Notes: generated by a model from the sequence alone, not told the origin. A DNA stretch of 63,613 bases, filler included, from Cystobasidiomycetes sp. EMM_F5 (GCA_051047955.1; 38 parts of 38 records of this genome joined end to end with filler, not necessarily neighbours in it), one strand, 5' to 3'. Numbered from the whole stretch's first letter, positions 38,988-53,485 are shown. Program-made: numbers and translations.

Positions 38988-39040
38988 CGAGACTCACCCG
39001 AGTACCTCGAGTCTACCCCAACTAGGGTCGGGTCGTGACA
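38988..39040 (+). mobile_element. Ty3/Gypsy 5' LTR end (...CGTGACA), probably family B
   Basis: The CA terminus is an imperfect inverted match to the LTR start TGTCATG; TCGA-rich like family B; 37 nt upstream of the gag ATG. Confidence 0.75.
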
Positions 39041-39077
39041 TAATTCTGAAACTCGACATTAGCTCTTGGTAATCGCC

Positions 39078-40137
39078 ATGTCTCATCAAGACGCGAACCT
39101 ATCCGAGCTCCTCGAGCAACAGATTCAAATGCAGAACCAGCAGATTGCCGACATGCAAGTAGCTATGGCCGCTCTCGCTCAACAAGCCCAGCAAGCCCAC
39201 ACCATACCTGTTCCGCAAGTCATCCAGATCTCTAACGTGTCCAATCGTCATCTCGAGCGTCCTCCTACGTTCGATGGCAAGGACCGTGCATCCTGTTCCA
39301 CGTTCATCGCATCTCTCAAACAGTACATACGTGCATCGCCAGCTAAGATTTTCGAGACTGAAACCTCGAAGATTGACTTTGCCATATCGTACCTTCGAGA
39401 CGATGCCTTCAAATGGGTCGAGCCCTACCTCGACAGTCGAGACGACTTGATGTTCTTGACTGCCGACTTGTTCTTCAAAGCACTCCTCGAGAACAAGGGC
39501 GACCCCGATATCGAAGCCACCTACACTCGAAAGATGTATGCATTCAAGCAGACTAACTCTGCAAGCGTGTACTCTTCCGAATTCTTTCGTCTAGCTGCCG
39601 TTCTTGGCTGGGATGACAAGGCTCTACAAGCACAATTCAACGTAGGCCTCAAGTCCGACGTCAAGGATGCATTGGCACTTCGAGACCAAGGACCCCGTCT
39701 CCGTTCGAGACTTGTCGGCTATCGCTATACGCCTCGACAACCGTCTCTACGCTCGACGCCTCGAGAACAAGAACTCGAAGGACTCTCGAACTTCGAATCA
39801 GTCCTCGAACAACTCCTCGAGCCGTAATCAATTCTCGAACTCCTCGAATGCCACTTCTCGAGACCAGAAGCCCCAGTCGAACAGTAGTTCCTCCACCTCG
39901 AACACCAAATCGAGTGATGGTATGGATCTCGACGCTTCTCGAACCAAAAAATTCCGTCCTCTTACTCAACAAGAGAAAGATCATCGCATCAAGAACAATC
40001 TCTGCTTGTACTGCGACCAGTCCGGTCACAAAGTCGTCGCCTGCAAGACTCGTCCAGCAAACACAGGCAAAGGTCAAGTCCGCGCAACCCTCGAAGTCAA
40101 CTCGAACGTCGTCGAGTCCTCGACTTCGAAAAACTAA
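39078..40137 (+). mobile_element. Ty3/Gypsy gag, probably family B (one +1 indel near 39690)
   Basis: RPPTFDG, SYLRDDA, GMDLD, CLYCDQSGHKVVAC; homologous to the family C gag. Confidence 0.92.
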
Positions 40138-40438
40138 TCAGTCTGTCGTCATCACGCCCTGCTTCAGACGAGCAATCCGGGCGTATATCGAGTGCTCTTT
40201 CCGGCACTACCTCTGGTAACCATTTTGTTATACCTTTGCTCTATGCTGACTGCCTCTCGAACGACTCGAACGTCCCCTCGAGACAGCCACTAGACTCCGT
40301 CCATGCCCTGGTAGACTGCGGAGCGACAGCCGACTTTATCGACGTCGACTTCTGCGTCGTACACAACCTCTCACAGGTCCTCAAGCCTGTCTCGTATCCT
40401 CTGTTCGTGATTGATGGTCGACCTATCGCCTCTGGTCG
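40128..40438 (+). mobile_element. pol start in the -1 frame (aspartic protease) following this gag
   Basis: Open -1 frame from GAAAAAC to ALVDCGATADFID...VIDGR. Confidence 0.85.
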
Positions 40439-40659
40439 NNNNNNNNNNNNNNNNNNNNNNNNNNNNNNNNNNNNNNNNNNNNTTAATTAATTAANNNNNN
40501 NNNNNNNNNNNNNNNNNNNNNNNNNNNNNNNNNNNNNNAGATCATTCATCGTTACACTAATGCCTGCTCGTTGCGTGCAAAGTTGAATAGCGCGCCTGTT
40601 TTCAGACCCTGATCCCAATGCTAACGCTAATCCAACATCCGAACAGAAGGCTGATAAGC

Positions 40660-41987
<1,328 letters not shown>

Positions 41988-42087
41988 NNNNNNNNNNNNN
42001 NNNNNNNNNNNNNNNNNNNNNNNNNNNNNNNTTAATTAATTAANNNNNNNNNNNNNNNNNNNNNNNNNNNNNNNNNNNNNNNNNNNN

Positions 42088-43535
42088 TTTCGAATCCCAG
42101 TTCGGGTCCGAACTTTCGAGTCTTCGGTCTTCGAACCAGCTCGAAGCCACGTCCCCTTACAGTCGACCTTATCGAGGCACTTGAGGATGGCGCTCTCCAG
42201 TTTTGGGAGCATTTGGTCATAATACTTGGTATTATAAGCGCGCTCATGAGGATAAAGCGTCCGAGGTTTGTCCGGACCACGACCGGTACGGTTGCTGGCC
42301 CCCTCGCAAAAGGGGAAGGAGGGGCGCTGCGTCGATGGCCTTCGCCCTCGTGAGGCCTCGACTGCTCGAAGCCAGGCAGCACATCGTCCACCGCATCTGC
42401 CGCGTCGATGCGCTGACGCTTTGGCGCAGTCGCTTCAAAAGGCGACTCGCCTCGCCTCTTGCCGGCTTTCTTGGCTAAAACTAACATCAGTATTTAGCGC
42501 CTCTATAAGCACGCCCAACTCACCCTCGCGAGCCAGATCCTTGTGGTGCTCGACGACCTCGTGGTCTATCGAGTCTTCCGACTCTCCCGAGTCGCTAGCG
42601 GCAGAGTGCCCCTCCGGGATGGTCGGCAAGCGCTGCCGCTTGTCCTGGCGCTTGTCGGCAACCACAGCCTGTTTGGCTTGGTCGACCAGGTTCTTCGGAC
42701 GAGCATCTATGGAAAACGTGGCTTAGTACTTTGTAAGTACTAAGTACTTTAACCTTAGTACTTACTTCGGTCGGGCAAAGCCCGTTTTCCGGTGCTCTCA
42801 GAGGGTGCGGCAGCACTTCCCTCTTCCTCCTGATCGTCAGCAGCCGAGCTGGCCACCGATACCGACCGTTCCGGCGATCCCCGTTCTATAGAACGCTTTC
42901 GTCAGCAAGTACTAAGAAAAGTACTAACGCTTCGTACTTACTGGCTCGGGTAAAAGGCGGATACTTGGCCTTCCAGGCCTGTACAGCCGCGTCGTACGGC
43001 CCTTTTTCGACCACCGCGCCGAAGGCGTCCCACAAAGGGAAATCTGTAGAAACTACTTAGCTAAGTACTTTCCGATACGATGAGAAAAAACTTACCACGG
43101 CACTTGGTACCGCAATGCTTGATGCTGCATGGCATGCAGCACTCCTCACCGCGAATACGGCCGTTTGCGGGACGCTTTGGAAAGCAGTCGCCCGCTTCGT
43201 AGTCCTTGCGCTTTTGGCAAGGCGGGCAAGGACCACCAGAAAACTCGACTCCAGCAATCATGCCGGTGTACTGGGCAGGCTGTTGTGCCGGCGCTGCCTG
43301 TGCGACCTCTGCCGCATTGATGGGGCTGGCAGGGGCGCCAGCATGATTTTCGGCGTCGAGAGCCGGTTCTTCGTCGCCGCCAACAGGCAAGCCGACATCG
43401 AGGTCGATTGGGGCTGTCGCCAAAGCACCCAGCGCAATGTTTGCGTTCTCTTGCGAAGAACTTGGTGCCTGCTGTGCCACCTCCGGCAGGACTTCTTGAT
43501 TGTTCTGCAAATAACGTGTCAGCGAGCTACGCCAA
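42088..43535 (-). CDS. Multi-exon gene of unknown function with a Cys-rich Zn-cluster-like motif; possibly retrotransposon-borne
   Basis: Several GTAAGT...CTRAC...YAG introns join open exons; CPPC-X10-C...CCMPC..CGTKC; introns rich in AGTACT. Confidence 0.55.
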
Positions 43536-43635
43536 NNNNNNNNNNNNNNNNNNNNNNNNNNNNNNNNNNNNNNNNNNNNTTAATTAATTAANNNNNNNNN
43601 NNNNNNNNNNNNNNNNNNNNNNNNNNNNNNNNNNN

Positions 43636-45078
43636 TCTTCGTGGTATCGTACTGCCAGCAGCACAAACGCGTCAACTTTTGAAAGGGCAGCCATGTCTGA
43701 GACTCTGACTCACAGAGTTTTCGAACGGGAATGACTGCCATGACGATACTGACAATGCAGAGTGCAAAGTTGAAGAAGAGAGATATGAGAGGATTCATGT
43801 TCTTGTTGGTCTGCATGGCGACTGTCGGCGAGGAATCAGTCTTTCGTATCACAGCTCGGCTGTTTGCAAGAACTCGAAGGTTTCTCACACCCAAAACAAG
43901 CTCCGGCTGATTCGACACCCCTGGTAAAGCCTGCCAACCGAATGGTATCGCGCGAGTCACGAGCCATTGCTGAGACAATGTAGTAGATATAGTTGGTATT
44001 GGTATTGTACTGCAATGTCTACTCAGTACTGAGCGGACTCGTCACGTCTCGTGGACACTGACCATGATGACGGCCATAATGTCTGTTAACGATAACGTCA
44101 GTGCTGCTGCATCGGAATGATGGGCGTCGCGGACTCACAGACGCCCCACCCGCTGTACCATCCGCTTTGTGTCCAATCGAGGTTTTTGACTGGCGAGTTC
44201 TTGTATTGAATTTGCATGACCTTTGGAAAACATGCTTCAGTCACATCAATCGGTCTTGTCAAGCGGTAGCTCACCGTCAGCCAGCACCACATGGCTATGT
44301 TTAGACCCATGACTGCGACAAAAGTTGTAATCGTTCGCGTCCGCTTTGATAATCGCTGCCAATCGACAAACATGCCCAAGGCAACGCTGTTGCGCAGCTC
44401 TCAGATTTCGATCCTGTATGAGTGTGAGTTACGCTTACTTCGACACAATAGATAGAATGGCTCCAACGAGACTCGCGAGCGCTCGCGATCTGGCGCTAAA
44501 ATACGTTGCAACGTAGGTCCCGCTGAACAATCGAGTTGGATAGTCAGTTTATGGCCTCTGCGACGGAATGGCAGTCGGATAGCTCACGTGTAAGCATAGA
44601 ACCAAGTAAGGTATACCATAAATGGTGTCAAGAATACAATCTCGGGTCGAACTAGAATGCGCGTGTAGATCATCTTCGCCTCTGCGATTGGCAAGAGGGC
44701 GTTCTCCATGTTGACAGGAGAGCCGTCTGGTCGCTGGACTTGACGTGGCTCGGACAACAGCAGAGCAACGAGAGGGGCTAGCACCTGCAATACTTTCGCA
44801 GATATTCAGGAGCGCCCCGGCCTAGTGGCCGATTGGTTTCACTCACTGACAAAGACGAGATAGGTGTTCGTGCTGAGTCCCGTTGAAGTCGTGAGTTCGT
44901 GATTCAATCCGAAGTTGATTGCAGATCCCAGCACGGTGCCGGCATTGCGACAAGCCAGCCAGTAGGCGAGATATCGGCCTCTCTTGTGCACCTCCGGATA
45001 GCCCATAGCCACGGCTCCTTCGGTAGCCCAGAAAATGCCACTAGGCGACACGGGTCAAGCACCTCAGACTGGCTCGTC
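43636..45078 (-). CDS. UNC-93-like MFS membrane protein, internal fragment, spliced
   Basis: GIFWATEGAVAMGYPEVHKRGRYLAYW, INFGLN, QRPDGSPV, FSARSRALAS. Confidence 0.85.
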
Positions 45079-45281
45079 NNNNNNNNNNNNNNNNNNNNNN
45101 NNNNNNNNNNNNNNNNNNNNNNTTAATTAATTAANNNNNNNNNNNNNNNNNNNNNNNNNNNNNNNNNNNNNNNNNNNNATCCCGTCCAACTGTATAGCAC
45201 ATCGGCAGCTGCTGTCAGTAGTGTCACAGTTGCTGGACCTGGTCGAGGGTCATTCTTGCGCAGTGCAACTGATTATATGGA

Positions 45282-46571
45282 TCAGCCACCTGATATTCGG
45301 CGGTGTAAGCAAGGTGACATACCGGCTAATGGGATTGCAGCGTTGAGGAAGTACAATATGCTTGCCGGTAATGCTAGGTAAGCCTGGCGAGCTGCTGGCA
45401 TTACTAGTAGCGACAGAAGAGTGTTTGCAGCATCTATCGTCGACAAATAGAGCGCGCGCACTTTGGGCGCAAAAGGGTCCGGAAATTTCCGCAAGGCGAA
45501 ACGACGTATTCTTAGGATGGAAGCGGCTTCGATTATCTGGGTAATGAGCGCAAATGCTGTTAAACGAGAACATTCAGTGTTTGTATCATGAAATGGCTGG
45601 CAATACTGCTCACTGAACGAATTTTGCATAGGAACTGGTACGAGCTCCTCTGACATGAGTTTCACCTTGTTTCGTAACAAAGTCATTTCACTACGAGTTA
45701 GACCTTCCAGGCTCTCCGCTTCGCTGACAGATATGCTGCCACGATCTACGTATTCTAAGTATTTTCGGCGGAATTTGGCGGTCGTGAGACAGAAGAGTAG
45801 GGTAACATTGGACGGGCGTTGCTCGATAGCTACCTGGTCTACAGTCAGTGACATGCCCAAGTTGTCATCATCGCATAGCAGCGGGTCGATGCTCGTGGCA
45901 CGCAAGACATCCGACGTGATGTAACCACTCAAACACTCCAGCCATGTATAGCTGTGCCAGATACGGAGAGCGAGCTGGCGCGACAACCCCGAAGGGCCTG
46001 GAGCAAAAGCAGGATCTGCTTGAGGCATGCTATCTTCCGTGCTTCCAAGGCGGTCTAGACCTAATGCCTTGCAGTGCGCAAGCGCTATCATGGCCCGCGT
46101 CTGCTGCGAAGCCGGTCCAGCTTCAAACAGACTGGCTTTTGGGTCAAGGTGTTGGATCCACCAAGCATTGATACAAAGTGTCTGTACTACCCGTATGCTG
46201 GGCGTTGCGGTCCAATCTGCAAGCGCCAGAGCAGCCTTGGAGCAGTGCAAAAATGTGATCGCCATGTCGCTCTCATCATATGCAGTGCAGCCGAGGCGCA
46301 AAGGCTGCTGAAGCTCTATGGCTTGTGCCAAGGCCCGCAAAGGAACATTGTTTTCGTACGCGACGGTTATACCAAACCCGATGATCTGCGCACAGAAGAG
46401 TCAAATCAGTATACGGCGCATGCAGCGCGCTTACTCACTATGAATATCAATGCGAGCCAGGCAGGGTCGATCTGCATTGTTCTACGGTTCCTGACTATCT
46501 CGTCCAATTCTTCCAGTTCTGCTGCGACCTGTCTTTGCAATACTGCATGCACTTGCCATCCGATCATCCGA
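45282..46571 (-). CDS. Fungal-specific transcription factor domain protein, 5' truncated
   Basis: IDPAWLA, SKAALALADW..PSIRVVQTL, ALGLDRL, RQLALRIWH. Confidence 0.78.
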
Positions 46572-48148
46572 NNNNNNNNNNNNNNNNNNNNNNNNNNNNN
46601 NNNNNNNNNNNNNNNTTAATTAATTAANNNNNNNNNNNNNNNNNNNNNNNNNNNNNNNNNNNNNNNNNNNNAGGTTGAAGTCAATAGTCGAAGGTAAGGT
46701 CGAAGGTCGAGGTACTACTAGTTGAAGATGCTAGAGTCGGAGGCGAGGTGCGGTTATAAAGATTGGAGGGGGATGTGGTGGAGGGGAAGGATAGGGTCGG
46801 AGGTTGTCGGGGTTGTCGAGGTTGGTGGCTGGTAGCGGAGGCAAGGGATACTGGGTGACTGTATTTCAGAACAGAACTGGGAGGAAAGGAGCTAAGGGAC
46901 AACGGGAAATGTGTATGTCTTTTATATCTTTCCTGACTTCAATAAATGCTAGAATATTCTTGGAGTTCCCTCCCAGCAGGTCGATGAGAGACCGAGGCTG
47001 GAAGGTTCCAGGGTCGATGAGAGACCCATGGAATACTCTCGAATATTCTGCGAATTAATGAATGTGAATCTAGAACTATCCTTATCTTATCTACACTAGG
47101 CCTAGGCCACTTGGCTGCGGTCGGTGGAAGTGGCGCCTTCCCGTCTCCTTATCTTTCCGTTCGGTCATTTGCTCCTCTTCTCTTGATTCATCAACTTGCT
47201 TCCTCACTTCCTTCAAGCTCCATATCATATCTAGCATCTCCATCATGGCTGCTCTCTCCGTACCCCGCGCCCGCCAGCCGTGCATGAGTTGTGAAGTCCT
47301 GCAGGAGCCGTGCTTCCTGCAGGCAGGGAAGGATGACTGCGAAGGCTGCGTCGGCAGGCAGTTGTCTTGGTGTGATGCCAGTAGGTAAAGTGGGCTCGTG
47401 GAGGAGGGTACTGATGATACTGATGTGTGTGTGTATGTTTGTAGCCCACGAACCCTTGGTCATCAACCCTGCCTGGCTGGAAATAGACCTTACGGTCACC
47501 AGCGACGAGGGGAGCGACGACGACTCCGATATAGTGTGGATTGGGGATGTCGCCGTCACAAGTGCAACCTCTGTCGATGAGGGACAGGGTTCCCTTCTTG
47601 GTGAGTAGTCGTTGTCGATGAGAGACAAACGTCCTGACTGAGGGTTGGGAGTGCAGGGGAGGAGATCACAGCTGCCGATGAGAGGCAGACTGATACCGAT
47701 GAAGAAGGCCGGGCCAGCGAGGTTGACGAGCTCGAGTCGAGCGTTGGAGGGCCGGACGCCTGGGATGAAGACGTAGAAGATATTTCGGCTACCTATCCTG
47801 CTCCCGATGAAACCAATGCCGGATGGCAGTCGACGGCCATCGACGTGGAGCTGCGACGGCTCTTCGACGAGTATGTCGGCGAGGTCAAGCATTTCTTCCT
47901 TACTCTTGAGGGGGACTCCGTCCAGCGTCTCGCCATCCTGCATGCTACCAAGGCCATGTGTCTGGGCCATCTGGATATCCTGCATATCGTTCGGTCCGAG
48001 GCCTTGCGCCAGACTTGGGATGTGGTGATTGAAGCGGAGGGGATTGTGNNNNNNNNNNNNNNNNNNNNNNNNNNNNNNNNNNNNNNNNNNNNTTAATTAA
48101 TTAANNNNNNNNNNNNNNNNNNNNNNNNNNNNNNNNNNNNNNNNNNNN

Positions 48149-48272
48149 TGTTGCTGAGTTTGTTGAAGTTGTTGCTGAGTTTGTTGAAGTTGTTGCTGAG
48201 GGAACCTCAGCAAATTCAACAATAACCTCAGCAAATTCAACAATAACCTCAGCAAATTCAACAAACTCAGCA
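48149..48272. repeat. Mitochondrial 21-nt tandem/inverted repeat cluster (TGTTGCTGAGTTTGTTGAAGT / AACCTCAGCAAATTCAACAAT)
   Basis: Tandem units in opposing orientation; related clusters at about 55970-56044 and 56490-56565. Confidence 0.85.
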
Positions 48273-48442
48273 ATGGACTCATTCCGATTCTTTTTATTAG
48301 CGCAGCTAATAATAAGGGGATGAATTTTGTGAATTCAATTCACCGTACTCAACTTTTTATTACAGTGTTTGTGATCATTAGGAATAAACTAAGCATACTT
48401 TAAAATTTGGCCGTAAATTATATAGCCTATGTTAATCTTAAA

Positions 48443-49450
48443 ATGTTGTCTGTTGTTTTACGGTCTCCAGTTGTAATTAGTCTTTTAGAAGTTTTAATTG
48501 TACTAGTACCCATTTTATTAGCTGTAGCTTTTATAACCATCATTGAACGAAAGGTTTTAGCAGGGATGCAAAGACGAGTGGGTCCAAACAAAGTTGGATA
48601 TTATGGTGTACTACAACCGTTTGCCGATGCATTGAAACTAGTGGTAAAAGAAACGGTAGTTCCACAACATTCAACCAAAAGTCTGTTTTTCCTTGCCCCC
48701 ATGATTACTCTCATTTTTGCTTTACTAGGGTGAGGGGTTATTCCTTTTGGTAGCGGTATTACCCTTACCGATTTTTCATTAGGGATTCTATACTCGTTAG
48801 CAATTTCGTCCATTGGGGTTTATGGTGTATTATTTGCAGGATGATCTGCCAATTCCAAATATGCTTTTTTAGGATCTTTACGAAGTACTGCTCAAATGAT
48901 TAGTTATGAGTTAATTTTTAGCTCCGCTGTCTTGGCCGTCATTTTGTTAACCGGAACCTTTAATTTTATTAAAATCATTGAAATGCAACAAAGTGTTTGA
49001 TTTGTACTGCCACTACTTCCATTGTTTATTGTCTTTTTTATTTCTGCTTTAGCTGAGACTAATCGAACACCTTTTGATCTTCCAGAAGCGGAAAGTGAAT
49101 TAGTCGCCGGGTTTTTCACGGAGCACTCAGGGATAATTTTTGTGTTTTTTTTCTTAGGTGAGTATTGTAGTATTGTCTTAATGTCAACCTTTACTGCCAT
49201 TTTGTTTTTGGGTGGTTACTTGTTACCTGAAGTGGTAGTAAACGATAGCTTTATTAATGTACAATCAATTGTACTGGGATTAAAAACGTGTTTGTTTTGC
49301 TTTTTGTTTGTCTGATTTAGAGCGACACTACCACGATTACGATATGATCAGTTAATGCAGTTTTGTTGAACAGGTATGTTACCAATAGTCATTGGTTTTA
49401 TTATTTTAATTCCCTCTTTACTTGTTGCTTTTGATATTGCACCTTATTAG
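48443..49450 (+). CDS. nad1: Mitochondrial NADH dehydrogenase subunit 1 (335 aa, intronless, translation table 4)
   Basis: [56 protein letters not shown]; five in-frame TGA codons at Trp-type positions (48731, 48842, 48998, 49313, 49367). Confidence 0.97.
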
Positions 49451-50139
49451 TTCATTCTAGTGAAGACTCATTCCGATTCCTTATCTTTTTTAGATAATCT
49501 AAAAAGGAGAAATAAGGAATNNNNNNNNNNNNNNNNNNNNNNNNNNNNNNNNNNNNNNNNNNNNTTAATTAATTAANNNNNNNNNNNNNNNNNNNNNNNN
49601 NNNNNNNNNNNNNNNNNNNNTTTAGACATCGTCAATAAGTCCTATACAATGCCGCACAGGCCAAGCTCACAAACGCCTCTTCGAATGCCCATTTTTTGAC
49701 CATGACTGCTGCCAGATGTACAGTGTATACCTAAATTCTCGACCAGGGTGGATGTAGGGCGCTCCTTGTGGACAGCAGCTGGGAAGGTCTGCGCGTGTAT
49801 CGACAATACTCAAAGTGCGGGGAAGTTGATCAAGCGGCATCAGCGGCCGGACTCCCGGCCGTCCTTTCGCGCGCCGGTCTCCACGGGCCCGCGCGGCATC
49901 ACTTATCGCTCGCTGAAAAACTTGGATAGTCTGAGTTCCGGCATCACTACTGTGGAAACGCTGCGATAGCGATGCTTTATTTGTGGAGAATTTAGATCCT
50001 GCTGTAAGGATACGGCATCCGTCAGCTTCCTTGCGAGTACGCGACGAATTTTGAGGACCCAGGCTTCCAGTCTGGAGCAGAAGCGAAGCGAAGCTTAAGG
50101 TGTTGCATTCAGGAAACCGCGACTACTCAGTAAGGAATT

Positions 50140-50984
<845 letters not shown>

Positions 50985-51084
50985 NNNNNNNNNNNNNNNN
51001 NNNNNNNNNNNNNNNNNNNNNNNNNNNNTTAATTAATTAANNNNNNNNNNNNNNNNNNNNNNNNNNNNNNNNNNNNNNNNNNNN

Positions 51085-52436
51085 ATGACGCACATATACA
51101 CACAGCCTGCCCATGTCGAGACGCGCGTTGGTCCAAACAGGTCAACATGCACTTGTTCGAGGGGCACATTGACGGTGGGTGTGGTACCGTTGAATGGTAG
51201 TCGTCTAAATTTTCCAAGAATACAAGGTTCACAACGTGCGCTGACATTCGGATCTATCATGTCTGAGTCCTTCAAGCTTACATGGCCGTAGCGTCTATGC
51301 ATGAGATCGCTATCAGCCATGAGAGCTATCGGGGTCTGTGACGATGACATACCGTCTGCCTTGGGGAGCAACACGCGGAAGAGCTTGTCATCCTTGACCA
51401 TGTTGGCGAAAACGTTTCCACGTTTATCGGTGAGGGTCCCATCATGACTGCGCATAGTGACGTGGCCTCCCATATCGGTGACTCGTCGTACAGACAGAAG
51501 GTTTGCCGCAAGTCGGGGCACATGGTATACTTTGGACATCTTGTGAGGCTTATTGTCGGAGCCAATGAATGTGTAAGTACCAATGCCTTTGATGGGCAGT
51601 CGGGAATCGTCCGCGATTTTGATGAACTGGTTTTCGACAGGGCAATAATTGTCAAGGAGATTTCCGTTTACAATCATGTTGGCACTGCATCCGGAGTCGA
51701 CGATCCATGTGATATCATCAACGCCAGTGTCCTGAGTGTTGAAGGCTACTTCAAGTGATGCAGCAATGCAGCAATCCTCAACGTCTCCGGTGATACTTGG
51801 TAGGTGGGTTGCCATATTTGCGACTTCCTGAGGAGCAGTATTAATCTTGTCAAGCAGTTTGCCGAAGCGTTCTTTATTCCAACACTTGTCTTGGGAGTGA
51901 TTAGACCAGTATTTCTCGGCCAACATCAAAACGTCTTTGCAGATCGTGCAAACCAGATTCCCTTTCTCCCGTTTCGGATTACTGCCATTGCGTGATGGCG
52001 ATGCCGTAGCGCTTACTGACCGACTGACTGTAGCGACGACTGCAGGTTTGGCTTGCGTATACAGTGCAAGGTCGTCCTGGTTTTTATCCAGCATCAATCG
52101 TGAGCGGATTTGTTCAATGACGGCGTCTGACTTGAGATCTGATGGTTTGAGCAGATCGACTGCAACGTTGTTATTCGAATACTCGCGAGGGATCTTTGAG
52201 AGGATCATAACCGCCAGCTGCCAGTCTTCGTATTTCAAACCAGCTTGCAGGAGTTTATTGGTGACACCTTGGAATCGCGAGATCCATTCATCAAAGCTGT
52301 TTTTATCTCCACCTGTCCAGCGCATCATGCTATGCTCGACGGCCAGATTCATGACCACTGCGGTATTGGAGTCCTTGTAGAATGTATTAAGCGCTAACCA
52401 TGCCTGCTTGCCATCAGGGTCATGTTTCGCTACAAT
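51085..52436 (-). mobile_element. Ty1/Copia gag-pol fragment (gag, protease, start of integrase), uninterrupted frame
   Basis: WIVDSGCSANM, VYHVPRLAANLLSV, HRRYGH...CEPC, VHVDLFGP; protease precedes integrase as in Copia. Confidence 0.93.
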
Positions 52437-52636
52437 NNNNNNNNNNNNNNNNNNNNNNNNNNNNNNNNNNNNNNNNNNNNTTAATTAATTAANNNNNNNN
52501 NNNNNNNNNNNNNNNNNNNNNNNNNNNNNNNNNNNNAACAAACTCAGCAACACCTCTCCTCCCGACATTCTTGATTTTTACTTAAAAATCAGGGGAGGAC
52601 CAAGGGGTCGTCACAGTAACTCTGTTCTGGTGAAAG

Positions 52637-52708
52637 GGGGGGATCGTATATCTGGTAGTATCACGCTTTTGCATAGCGTAGGGATTGGTTCAAGTCCAAT
52701 TTCCTCCA
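52637..52708 (+). tRNA. trnA: Mitochondrial tRNA-Ala(UGC)
   Basis: GGGGGGA/TTCCTCC acceptor; ACGCT-TTTGCAT-AGCGT. Confidence 0.9.
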
Positions 52709-53033
52709 ACACAGTTCGTTATCTTACTTTTTATTGTTTGTAATTATTACTTGGAAAAAGTGTTTTTAAGTTGTTTGGCAAATACACATTATGTTTAAGT
52801 GATTATTTGGTTATTTTTTGATTACATTGTTGCTTTATCAAGATGCTGAATCTTTATTTTATACAGATTCAGGCGCTTGATAACTTGCTGAGTTTGTTGG
52901 TGATTAACCTTTAGATTAATCACCAACAAACTCAGCCACAATTACCACAAATAAAAATAAGGATAATCAAGTAATCAAAAAGTCAAAAATTGAATCTAGG
53001 GTTTTGTTGCAATTAATAACCACTAAAAAGTTG

Positions 53034-53114
53034 TGAGCGATATCCTAATGGTAAGGAGACTCGCTGTAAACGAGTTGGTCAAGGCCATTGGGGGTTCGAT
53101 TCCCTCTCGCTCAA
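53034..53114 (+). tRNA. trnY: Mitochondrial tRNA-Tyr(GUA)
   Basis: TGAGCGA/TCGCTCA acceptor; ACTCG-CTGTAAA-CGAGT; long variable arm. Confidence 0.9.
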
Positions 53115-53485
53115 AGCTCTGTTTCTTTATAACACGGCCTGTTTTCTGGTTTATTTAGATTCATTTCGATTTCTTATCTTTTTTAAAGAATCTAAATAGG
53201 AGAAATAATCGAAACATCAGGAAAAATAATCGAAACATAAAAAGTAATAAGAAATCGAAACAGAAAAAGTAATAAGAAATCGAAACATGAAAATGAAATG
53301 GATCATAAGGATTTTTTAATGTAGTCATGTTTATTATTGAAATTATGGCTTAAATTCTGGTTAACGTTTATTCCGAAAATCGTAATTAAGATTAACAATG
53401 ACCTCAGCAACCTGCTTGTTTTCAGGGCTCTATAATCGCCCTGAAAATGTATAACATAAAAACCTGAGTAATGATTTAAATTAAA

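Noticed and set aside
48407..49315. nad1 appearing as several broken ORFs (pseudogene)
   Set aside because: The breaks are TGA=Trp codons; the frame is continuous under table 4 and a tRNA-Trp(UCA) is present
53200..53290. Repeated AATCGAAACA units downstream of trnY
   Set aside because: Ordinary AT-rich slippage repeats in a mitochondrial spacer; no unique spacers or tRNA similarity seen
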